Assembly (NCBI RefSeq): GCF_004010195.1 | Contig: NW_025214596.1 | Span: 4,845 to 38,416 of the forward strand | DNA length: 33,572 bases | Direction: 5' to 3' | DNA from: Chiloscyllium plagiosum | Taxonomy: Eukaryota | In this document: in pieces, positions 23,771-33,572 of the stretch | How the letters are laid out: the number at the start of each line of letters is the position of its first letter | How positions within the stretch are numbered: position 1 is the first letter of the stretch | Notes under the pieces: model-generated | The model's database searches: none | The model's input: only the letters and a program-made list of their open reading frames with translations | Told to the model about the DNA's origin: nothing | Made by a program: the position numbers and the translations under genes

Positions 23771-25083
23771 TCACCAACACATTCCACCCTGACCTGAAAT
23801 TTACCTGGATCATCTCTGATACCTCCCTCCCCTTCCTGGATCTCACCATCTCCATTAATGACGACTGACTTGACACTGACATTTTTTACAAACCCACCTA
23901 ATCCCACAGCTACCTGGATTACACCTCTTCCCACCCTACCTCTTGCAAAACTGCCATCCTGTATTCCCAATTCTTCCGCCTCCACCGTATCTGCTCCCAG
24001 GTGGACCAGTTCCACCACAGAACACACCAGATGGCCTCCTTCTTTACAGACCGCAATTTCCCTTCCCACAGGGTTAAAGATGCCCTCCAACGCATCTCGT
24101 CCACAACCCGCACCTCCGCCCTCAGACCCCACCCCTCCAACCGTAACAAGGACAGAACACCTCTGGTGCTCACCTTCCCCCTACCAACCTTCGCATAAAC
24201 CAAATCATCCTCCGACATTTCCGCCACCTCCAAAAAGACCTCACCACCAGGGATATATTTCTCTCCCCATCCCTTTCCGCCTTCCGCAAAGACCGTTCCC
24301 TCCGTGAATACCTGATCAGGTCCACGCCCGCTACAACCCACCCTCCCATCCTGGCACCTTTCCCTGCTACCGCAGGAACTCTAAATCCTGCGCCCACACC
24401 TCCTCCCTCACCTCCATCCAAGGCCCTAAAGGAGCCTTCCACATCCATCAAAGTTTTACCTGCACATCCACTAGTATCATTTATTGCATCCGTTGCTACC
24501 GATGCGGTCTCCTCTACATTGGGGAGACTGGACGCCTCCTGGCAGAGCGCTTTAGGGAACATCTCCGGGGCACCCATACCAATCAACCACACCGTCCTGT
24601 GGCCCAACATTTCAATTCCCACTCCCATTCTGCCGAGGACATGGAGGTCCTGGGGCTCCTTCATCGCCGCTCCCTCACCACCAGACGCCTGGAGAAGAAT
24701 GTCTCATCTTCCGCCTCGGAACACTTCAACCTCAGGGCATCAATATGGAATTCAACAGTTTCCTCATTTCCCCTTTCCCCACCTCACCCTAGTTCCAAAC
24801 TTCCAGCTCAGCACTGTCTCCATGACTTGTCCTACCTGTCTATCTTCTTTTCCACCTATCCACTCCACCCTCCTCCCTGACCTATCACCTTCATCCCCTC
24901 CACCACTCACCTACTGTACTTCATGCTACTTTCTCCCCACCCCCACTCTCCTCTTGCTTATCTTTCCACGTTTCAAGCTCTCTGCCTTTATTCGTGATGA
25001 ACAGCTTTTGCCTGAAATGTCGTTTTTGCTGCTCCTCGGATGGTGCCTCAACTGCTGTGCTCTTCCAGCACCACTAATCCAAA
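23771..25083 (+). mobile_element. 5'-truncated Penelope-like retroelement (RT C-terminus + GIY-YIG endonuclease + terminal repeat)
   Basis: HPDLKFT..SDTSLPFLDL, YKPT.SHSYLDYTSSHP, FTCTSTSIIYCIRCYRCGLLYIGETGRLLAERFREH, VAQHFN; stops and frameshifts; gtcaggcta on both flanks. Confidence 0.93.
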
Positions 25084-25099
25084 GTCAGGCTAACTCCGT

Positions 25100-25555
25100 T
25101 TGGTTTCAGACTGACTGCACAAAGGGTTTTGGGAATCCTTGCTTATCAATCTGAAAAAGGTAGCTTACAGGGTCAGCATGTATTAGAGAAGGCAAATCAA
25201 ATGTTGGCATTTTTTACAAAGGGAATGGAGTCTAAAAAAGAGGGAGGTCTTGCTACACTTTACAAGGTACCCGTCAGACCACACCTAGAATATTATGAAT
25301 AGTCTGAGTGTCCAAATGAAAGATATTCTTGTATTAGAGGCAGGCCAGAGAAGACTCACTCGGCTGATCCTAGAAATAGCGGGATTTCCTCATGGGAAGA
25401 GATGGGGTAGAGTGATTTTGAACCATTGGAATTTCGAAAAATGGACGAGAAACTGAAAGAAACATCTAGGATTCTGAGAGGCTCAGCCCGGGTAGATGCC
25501 AGGACGTTAGAAAATCGAACAGAACAGCACAGCAATTTGCCTTTCAGTCCACCAT
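25100..25555 (+). mobile_element. Decayed CR1 ORF2 C-terminal fragment
   Basis: KANQMLAF..KGME, LYKVPVRPHLEY. Confidence 0.75.
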
Positions 25556-25559
25556 GCTG

Positions 25560-27040
25560 GAGGTTGTGAATGGAGTGATTCAGTGAGCTTATGGAGATAG
25601 CTAGGAGTGGAGTGACTGGAGAAGATGACAGAGACAGGGAGGGATGGAGACTGGTAGAGGTTACAGAGTTAGGGTGGGATGGAGTGACTGGGAGAGGTTA
25701 CAGAGATGGGGAGGGTTGGAGTACATGGGGACGTTACAGAATTAGCGAGTGTTGGAGTAACTGGGGGTGTTAGCAGAAATAGGGAGAAACTGGAGGAGGG
25801 TACAGAGATGGGAGGGATGAAGTGACTGAGGAAAGTTACAGAAATAGAGAGGGCCAGAGTGGCTGGTGGAGGTTATAGAGATAGGGAGGTCTTCAGAGTC
25901 TGATCGAGATTTAATGAGATTTGGACGGACATTCATCCTGTGGAGGCTGGAGGAGGTGACTGAAAAGGATGTGTTAGGGATTGGAGAGGGTTACTGTTAC
26001 AGGGATGATTATAGGAGGTGGTGTTCGTTAGAGAAACATATATTGTTGTCGTTTCTGGAGGTGGCAATAGGCAAATGTTTCTAATGAATCAAGGAAATTA
26101 TATGAAGATTGAGGGGAGTGGGGAGAGAGTTGGACTGTTTTGTAGAGTTAGAAGAGGTTTAATGTGATCATGTGGGTTGCAGAGATGAGATTATGTGATA
26201 AGGAGGGACAGGATGGTGTACAGCGATAGCGAGGAGCTGGAAGAGGTCACTGTGATAGTGACGTTTGTGGTGATGGTTATCGCGATTGGATGAAGTCAGT
26301 AATACACAGTGGTGTAGACACTGGATGGTTCTTCAGACAGTAGAAGGTTACAGAAAGTGATATCTGTAGGGTTGGGCTTGGATACAGCAACAGAGAGGAT
26401 GTTGCAGGTACATGGATGGTTTTAGTGGCTTCAGGAGTTTACAGAGATAAGAAAGCTCGCAGAGATGTGATGAACTTGAGTTACTGAGCAATGTCGTGTT
26501 GGCAGAAGATTACAGCGATATAGGCGATCGCAGAGACTGGAGGAAGTTGCAGAAAAGGAGATGGTTAAAGTTGCTTCAGAACACTATACACTGGGACGGC
26601 TGTAGGGATTGGAGCAGCTTACACAGGTAGGAAAGGCTGGAGGGATTGTAGGAGTTTACACAGATAGGGAGGTCTTTTGGGATAGTATGTTTTTAGATGT
26701 CATGTGGTGGTGTAGGACAGGAGACAGGAATATTATAGGGATTGAATGTTACAGTGATATCTTCTGCTGTAGGGGCTGCAGCAAGGTACACAGATGGGGT
26801 AGTTGGTAAAGGCTGAAGGATGCTACAGAGACAGGGTGGACTGTAGGTATTGTGCAAGATAACAGGAATAGGAATTATTGTAATGACTGAAGGAGGAGGT
26901 TGCTGAGATTGGACACATTATACAGACTTGAGCAGTTTACAGAGATAGGGAGAGTAGTCAGCATTGGAGTAGGTTTTAAATATACTGTGGGATTGTAGAC
27001 AAGGGAGGAGGGTACAGAGATAGGAACTGTTCTCAGAGTA
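25560..27040 (+). repeat. Purine-rich ~37 bp minisatellite (best preserved at 25590-25890)
   Basis: gggagggatggagtgactggaggaggttacagagat-like units in tandem. Confidence 0.8.
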
Positions 27041-27390
27041 AGAAGCATTCAAGGCACTGGTGAAAATGAGGTGTACTGAAGGGTCTGTCTCCTTGCTATA
27101 TGACTCTATGATAATACAACAGAAAGTGTTGGAGTGGGAATAGAGAACAGAAAGATTCCAGACTTCACTACCAATTTCTTAAGGGAAGCCTGCTTACTCC
27201 TCTATTGTACTGAAAATCACCAAGACAGCACAGACCTGGGTTGATAACTATGACACTCCTGATGCTGTCTCAGGAAGGCTCAGTATAGTCGAGCTGCAAG
27301 TAATCAACTGAGGGTCGGGATTGAGCCTGGGCACTTTATGCATCTCGCCTTTTAAATGCTCTCTGCACTGTGCAGTGTGAGTGATTGCAC

Positions 27391-27696
27391 CTTGCTGCAG
27401 GATTTATTGATGCTCCAGATCCCCCTGCCCAATGGCTGACCAAATGCGTTCAATGAGGTGATGGACGAGACACCCAGCAGTTGGGAAGTTTATTGAGTCA
27501 GGAACATCCTGAGTACCTGTAGAAGACAGAGATATAAACATAATATAACAGGAAATTAAACTGATGCAGGAAGAATTACACATGGAGAATGGCACTGAGT
27601 ACCTCAGAGATCTGTAAAATACCAGAATCCATCTCTAGCCTGTGCCGCTGTGTCTCTCTGGAGTGGAAAGTTCAGTTGGCTCAGGATGTGGAGTAG
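27391..27696 (-). pseudogene. Exon-pair module copy 4 (exon A 27603-27696, exon B 27391-27516), AG/GT intact but in-frame stops
   Basis: LLHILSQLNFPLQRDTAAQARDGFWYFTDL* / GTQDVPDSINFPTAGCLVHHLIERIWSAIGQGDLEHQ*; 86-nt GT..AG intron. Confidence 0.55.
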
Positions 27697-27832
27697 CTGC
27701 GAGAGTGGGAGACGCTGAGAGAGGCTGCAATTAGACCCCCTCAGTGAGGGATATCACCTGGAGAGATACTGGGTGACATCACCAGAGTTCAGAAAAATTC
27801 AGTATCAAACAATCGTCATGATAAAAGGGTTT

Positions 27833-28024
27833 NNNNNNNNNNNNNNNNNNNNNNNNNNNNNNNNNNNNNNNNNNNNNNNNNNNNNNNNNNNNNNNNNNNN
27901 NNNNNNNNNNNNNNNNNNNNNNNNNNNNNNNNNNNNNNNNNNNNNNNNNNNNNNNNNNNNNNNNNNNNNNNNNNNNNNNNNNNNNNNNNNNNNNNNNNNN
28001 NNNNNNNNNNNNNNNNNNNNNNNN
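27833..28024. other. Assembly gap
   Basis: Run of N. Confidence 1.
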
Positions 28025-28540
28025 TGACAGAGAGGATGCAGGGCCGGGGTTCACTTGAAAGGAGCTTTCCAAATCCAAAAAGAAAAGGTGAAGCATCGGA
28101 ACAACATGGGGATGTGGCTGAAGACAAGCAGAAAGGAACAGGATGGGACAGAGTTTAACTAAAACTGTGCATCAGGGAATTGCGCTGTGACAGGAAATTG
28201 TGGGAAAACGTCAAACATAATGTTCTATTTTTTGAATGGACAAAGTATCTGCAATAATGTAGATGGACTTGTAACACAGATATAAGTAAGAGTTGGTCAC
28301 CAGAGAGATATGGTACAGGAGAAACAAAAGGTGGAACATAAATATTCAATCGTACACATCCTTGAGGGCTCTCGTGCAGAATGGGTAACCCTGACAGTAA
28401 TAGGTGCAAAAGGCATTACAGAGAAATTATGTGGCCTTATGTTATGCCGCTAACGCAGCTTGGGAGCACATTCTGGTTAACACGTGTCAAAACCACAAGC
28501 AGGAGAACATTTTTTTTAGGCTGTCTGACAGCATTACAAT
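28025..28540 (+). mobile_element. Decayed CR1-like fragment, paralog of 15893-16400
   Basis: Closely similar to 15893 onward (gagaggatgcagg...gtggctgaagacaagcagaaaggaacaggatgggacagagtttaactaaaactgt). Confidence 0.75.
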
Positions 28541-28781
28541 TTTGCAGAATAGAGCGGCGGGAGCTGGGCGGAAGTGAAGTCGAACGCAGAGGCTGTTGGG
28601 AACGTGGGTGAGTGTTATTTTAGTACTTACCTCGAAGCCAGCGGTCTCTTTGCAGCAGAGAGTGGTGCGGGCTGGGCAGAAGTGAAGTCGGAGCGTAGAG
28701 GCTGTTGGGAAGGTGGGTGAGTGTTATTTAAGTAGGAGTGTCAGTCCGAGAGGCGGTCAGGTTTGACAATCAGAAATTGGC

Positions 28782-29318
28782 GTGGAGACGGAGCCGAGGG
28801 GTCAGACATCACATCGAGTCGTGGCAATAGGGGACTCCATATTGAGAGGGTCTGAAAGAGGTTTCTGCGACAACAGGCGGGATTTGAGGATGGTGTGTTG
28901 CCTTCCTGGTGCTAGGATTAAGGACATCGCAGACAGAGTGCAGGAAATCCTCAAGGGTGAAGGTGAAGAGCCAGACGTGCTGGTGCATGTCGGCACAAAT
29001 GACGTCGGGAAGAAGAGGAAGGACATTCTACAGCGGAACTTCGGAGAACTTGGTAGAAGGCTGAAAAGCAGGACATCCAGGGTGGTTATCTCCGGTTTGC
29101 TTCGAGTTCCTCGCGCTGGAGAGGACAAGAATAGGGAGAAAATGGACTTGAATACGTGGCTGGGGAACTGCTGCAGCGAGCAAGCATTTAAATTATTGGA
29201 TCACTGGCGTATGTTTAGCGGTAGGGATAAATTATACAAGAGGGACGGGTTGCACCTAAATAGATGGGGTCCAGTATTCTGGCAGGTAGGTCTGCCACTG
29301 CAGCACAACTGCATTTAA
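28782..29318 (+). CDS. CR1 ORF1 SGNH/GDSL esterase domain (partial, frameshifted near the end)
   Basis: VAIGDSILRG, CCLPGARIKD, VHVGTND and DGLHLN blocks. Confidence 0.85.
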   Translation: METEPRGQTSHRVVAIGDSILRGSERGFCDNRRDLRMVCCLPGARIKDIADRVQEILKGEGEEPDVLVHVGTNDVGKKRKDILQRNFGELGRRLKSRTSRVVISGLLRVPRAGEDKNREKMDLNTWLGNCCSEQAFKLLDHWRMFSGRDKLYKRDGLHLNRWGPVFWQVGLPLQHNCI

Positions 29319-29557
29319 CTTAAACAGCGAGGAGGGTGGAGGACAAACTGGAAGTTTAAGAAGGAAGTTAAAGGGGAAGTTAGAACAAGAGAAGTCAAGA
29401 AAGACAACGGAATCAATGGAGCAGAAATCTCAAAAAAGGATCATGCCATAAGGTCAAGTGAAATAGGGATTGATAGGAAGGGTGAGGGGAATAACAAAGT
29501 AAAAATATTATATATGAATGCACGAAGCATTAGAAATAAGGTGGATGAGCTTGAGGC

Positions 29558-30448
29558 NNNNNNNNNNNNNNNNNNNNNNNNNNNNNNNNNNNNNNNNNNN
29601 NNNNNNNNNNNNNNNNNNNNNNNNNNNNNNNNNNNNNNNNNNNNNNNNNNNNNNNNNNNNNNNNNNNNNNNNNNNNNNNNNNNNNNNNNNNNNNNNNNNN
29701 NNNNNNNNNNNNNNNNNNNNNNNNNNNNNNNNNNNNNNNNNNNNNNNNNNNNNNNNNNNNNNNNNNNNNNNNNNNNNNNNNNNNNNNNNNNNNNNNNNNN
29801 NNNNNNNNNNNNNNNNNNNNNNNNNNNNNNNNNNNNNNNNNNNNNNNNNNNNNNNNNNNNNNNNNNNNNNNNNNNNNNNNNNNNNNNNNNNNNNNNNNNN
29901 NNNNNNNNNNNNNNNNNNNNNNNNNNNNNNNNNNNNNNNNNNNNNNNNNNNNNNNNNNNNNNNNNNNNNNNNNNNNNNNNNNNNNNNNNNNNNNNNNNNN
30001 NNNNNNNNNNNNNNNNNNNNNNNNNNNNNNNNNNNNNNNNNNNNNNNNNNNNNNNNNNNNNNNNNNNNNNNNNNNNNNNNNNNNNNNNNNNNNNNNNNNN
30101 NNNNNNNNNNNNNNNNNNNNNNNNNNNNNNNNNNNNNNNNNNNNNNNNNNNNNNNNNNNNNNNNNNNNNNNNNNNNNNNNNNNNNNNNNNNNNNNNNNNN
30201 NNNNNNNNNNNNNNNNNNNNNNNNNNNNNNNNNNNNNNNNNNNNNNNNNNNNNNNNNNNNNNNNNNNNNNNNNNNNNNNNNNNNNNNNNNNNNNNNNNNN
30301 NNNNNNNNNNNNNNNNNNNNNNNNNNNNNNNNNNNNNNNNNNNNNNNNNNNNNNNNNNNNNNNNNNNNNNNNNNNNNNNNNNNNNNNNNNNNNNNNNNNN
30401 NNNNNNNNNNNNNNNNNNNNNNNNNNNNNNNNNNNNNNNNNNNNNNNN
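29558..30448. other. Assembly gap inside CR1 ORF2
   Basis: Run of N. Confidence 1.
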
Positions 30449-31845
30449 TTCATTTTCCAATGTTCTATAGATTCAGGATCAGTTCCTGCGGATTGGAGGA
30501 TGGCTAATGTTGTCCCACTTTTTAAGAAAGGATGGAAAGTGAAAACAGAATTATCGAACAGTTAGTCTGGCTTCAGTGGTGGGAAAAATGCTGAAGTCAA
30601 TTATAAAGGACGAAATTACGACACATCTGGATAGCAGTAACAGGATAGGCCAGAGTGAGCATGGAATTATGAAGGGGAAATCATGCTTGACTAATCTTCT
30701 GGAATTTTTTGTGGATGTAACTCTGAAGGTGGACAAGGGAAATTCAGTGGATTGTAGTATACCTGGACTTTCAGAAAGTCTTTCATAAAGTCCCACATCG
30801 GAGGTTAGTGAGCAAAATTAAGGCACATGGTATTATGGGAAAATACTGACATGAATTGAAAATTGCTTGGCTGACACGAAACAAAGAGTAGTGATAAACG
30901 GCTCCCTTTCCGAATGGCAGCACTGAACAGCGGTGTGCCGCAGGGATCAGTGCTGGGACCGCAACTATTTACAATGTACATTAATGATATAGATGAAGGT
31001 ATTAAAAGTAATATTAGCAACTTTGCTGATGATGCAAAGCTGGATGGCAGGGCGAAATGTGAGGAAGATGTTAGAAGAATACAGGGTGACATGGACAGGC
31101 TAGGTGAGTGGACAGAGTCATGGCAGATTCAGTTTAATGTGGATAAATGTGTGGTTATCCACTTTGGTGGCAAGAACTACCTCAATGGAGTCAAGTTAGG
31201 TAAAGGGGCAGTACAACGAGATCTAGGTGTTCTTGTACATCAGTCAATGAAAGCAAGCATGCAGGTACAGCAGGCAGTGAAGAAAGCTAACAGCATGCTG
31301 ACCTTCAGAACAAGAGGAATTGAGTAGAGAAGCAAAGAGGTCCTTCTGCAGCTGTACAGGGCCCTGGTACGACCGCACCTAGAATATTGTGCGCAGCGTT
31401 GGGTCTCTAAATTTGAGGAAAGATATTCTGGCTATTGAGTGAGTGCAGCGTAAGTTCACGAGGTCAATTCACGGAATGGCGGGACTATCTTGCGCTGATA
31501 GATTTGATCGACTGGGCTTGTATACGCTTGAGTTTAGAAGACTGGGTGGGGATCTGATTGAGACGTATAAAATTATTAAAGGATTGGACTCTGGAGGCAG
31601 GAGGCATATTTCCATGGATGGGTGAGTCCCGAACCAGAGGACACAGTTTCAAAATAAGTGGTAGGCCACTTAGAACAGAGTTGAGGAGAAACTGCTTCAC
31701 TAAGAGAGTGGTGGGTGTATGGAATGCTCTGCTTCAGAAGTCTGTGGAGGTCAAGTCTCTGGATACTTTCAAGAAAGAGTTGGATAGAGCTCTTACGTAT
31801 AGTGGCATCAAGGGTTATGGGGGTAAGGCAGGAGCAGGAAACTGA
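30449..31845 (+). pseudogene. CR1 ORF2 reverse transcriptase, disrupted
   Basis: DWRMANVVPLFKKG, KSCLTNLLEFF, GVPQGSVLGPQLF, FADDAKL, split over several ORFs. Confidence 0.92.
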
Positions 31846-31944
31846 TTGAGGATGATCAGCCATGATCATAATGAATGGTGGTGTTCGCTCGAAGAGTAGA
31901 ATGGTCTACACCTTCTCCTCCTATTGCCTATTGTCTCAACACTC

Positions 31945-33572
31945 TTAAGTATTCCAATGAATTCCAGACTCCACCACTTCCTTTGGCAGTTCATTCCATT
32001 CATTCACCATTGTCTGCCTGAAAAAGCTGCCCCTTAGCTTCCTTTTATATCTTTCTCCTCTCACGGTGAACCTATACCCTCTAGTTCCGAACTTCCCCAT
32101 ACCAGGGAAAAGGCCGTGTCAGTTAATACTATCTATTCCTCTCATGATTTTATAATCCTCCATATGATGATTCCTCAGCCTCACATTCCAGGGAAAACAG
32201 CCCCAGGCCATTAAACGTATCCCTGTAGCTCAAATCCTCCAATCCTGGCAACACCATTGTAAATAATTTCTGAACCCTTTCAATTTACACAACATCATTC
32301 CGATAAGGAGGAGACAAGAATTGCACGCAGTATTCCAAAAGTGGCTTATCCAATATCCTGTACAGCCACAACATGGCCTCCCAACTCCTCTACTCAATGT
32401 TCTGGCCAATAAAGGGAAGCATACTAAATACCTTCTTCACTATCCTATCTACCCGCCACTCTACTTTCAAAGGACTATGAACCTGCTCTCCAAGGTTTCT
32501 TTGTTCAGCAACACTCATTAATATTAAGTGTACAAGTCCCGCTAAGATTTGCTTTTCCAACATTCAGCACCTCACATTTAGCTAAATGCTGCCATTCCTC
32601 AGCCCATTGGCCCATCTGACCAAGATCCCGTTGTACACTGAGGTAATCATCTTTGCTGTCCACTCCACATCCAATTTTGGTGTCATCTGCAAACTTACCA
32701 ACTATACCTCGTCTGTTCACTCTATATCATTTAAATAAATAACGAAAGTAATGGATCCAGCACCGATCCTTGATGCACTCTACTGGCCACAGCTCTCCAG
32801 ACTGAAAAGCAACCCTCCAGCACCACCGTTTGTCGTATACCTTCGAGCCAGTTCTGTATCCAAATGGCTGGTTCTCCCTGTCTTCCATGAGATCTAACTT
32901 TGCCAACCAATCTCCCATGGGGAAACTTCTCGAACACCTTACTGAAGTCCATATCAATCACAGCCACTGCTCTGCCTTTGTCAATCCTTTTTGTTACTTC
33001 TTCAAAAAACTCAATCAATTTCTTGAGACCTGATTTCCCACGCACGACGCTATGCTGACTATCCCTAATTTGCCATTGCCTTTCTAAATACATGCAGATC
33101 CTCTCCCTCATGATTGCCTCCTTCAACTTGCCCACTACTTACGTCAGGCAAATCGGTCTGTCATTCCCTGACTTTTCCTTACTACCTTCCTTAAATAGTG
33201 GCATCACTTTAGCCAACCTCCAGTCTTCTGGCACCACCTGTGACGATCGATGATACAGATACATCAGCAAGGAGCCGAGGAATCACTTGCCTAGCTTCCC
33301 ACAGAGTTCCAGGGTAAATCTGATAAGGTCCTGGGGAGTTATCTACCTTTATGCGTTTCAAGACAACCAGCACCATCGTCCTCTGTAATATGGACATTTT
33401 TTCAAGATGTCACCATCTATTTCCCAACATTCTATATCTTCCATGTCCTTGTCCACAGTAAATACTGATGCAAAATACTTGTTTAGTATATATGCCCCAT
33501 CTCCTGCAGCTCCGCGTGCAAGCTGCCTTGCTGATCTTTGGGGGGCCCTATTCTCTCCCCAGTTAGCCTTTT
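31945..33572 (-). mobile_element. Decayed CR1 ORF2 RT region, runs off the window
   Basis: SPGPYQIYP..LWE, MDFSKVFEKFPHGRL, VHQGSVLDP, KFADDTKIG. Confidence 0.9.

Larger units (their letters stand above)
28541..31936 (+). mobile_element. Near-full-length, non-functional CR1 LINE
   Basis: 5' repeats, esterase ORF1, ORF2 start MNARSIRNKVDELE, RT motifs GVPQGSVLGP and FADD, C-terminal TRGHSFKI, 3' tail ctattgcctattgtct. Confidence 0.93.

Noticed and set aside
23629..25154. Several long overlapping ORFs on both strands
   Set aside because: Alternative and antisense frames of the C-rich Penelope element.
25590..25890. ~37-bp periodic repeats as a CRISPR array or Ig switch region
   Set aside because: Head-to-tail degenerate units without unique spacers, eukaryotic context, and no cas or Ig constant exons.
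27604..27606. TGA in copy 4 aligned to Cys (TGT) in copies 2 and 3, suggesting selenocysteine
   Set aside because: The next exon also has a TAA stop and no SECIS was recognised; a simple nonsense mutation is more likely.
580..27760. Repeated modules as Ig/TCR V segments with RSS (CACAGTG near 927, 14924 minus, 15291, 21738)
   Set aside because: No ACAAAAACC-like nonamer at 12 or 23 bp, and the Cys-Trp-Cys spacing and length do not fit a V domain.
1674..30507. Long ORFs in the track at 1.7-2.1, 27.8-28.1 and 29.4-30.5 kb
   Set aside because: They consist mainly of N gaps.

Overview
Eukaryotic, repeat-dense genomic DNA, most likely from a cartilaginous fish (shark or ray), judged from HE1-like and Deu-domain-like SINEs, many CR1 LINEs and Penelope-like elements. 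It has three assembly gaps. No intact protein-coding gene could be supported, and most ORF-track entries are retroelement fragments or span Ns. Most of the window is decayed CR1 on both strands, including one near-full-length copy at ~28.5-31.9 kb (SGNH-esterase ORF1, EN/RT ORF2). Other repeats are a 5'-truncated Penelope (RT thumb + GIY-YIG), Penelope-derived hairpins with hammerhead-ribozyme-like cores, SINEs and a ~36-37 bp purine-rich minisatellite. The main non-TE structure is on the minus strand: a two-exon-like module repeated four times (~0.6-0.9, 14.9-15.25, 21.4-21.7, 27.4-27.7 kb). Its consensus is about LQILSQxNSPLQRDAAAQAxDGxWDFxDLC / GxQDVPDS..GCLVHHxIExGWSA..SGVFxxSCS. The copies sit in segmental duplications arranged A-B-A-B, and a compact cluster of more diverged, apparently homologous exons lies at ~5.0-6.25 kb. 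All copies carry stops, frameshifts or broken splice sites, so this reads as the remains of a tandem-domain gene of unidentified family, with only a weak resemblance to zona-pellucida-type proteins. TE boundaries are by eye and approximate.
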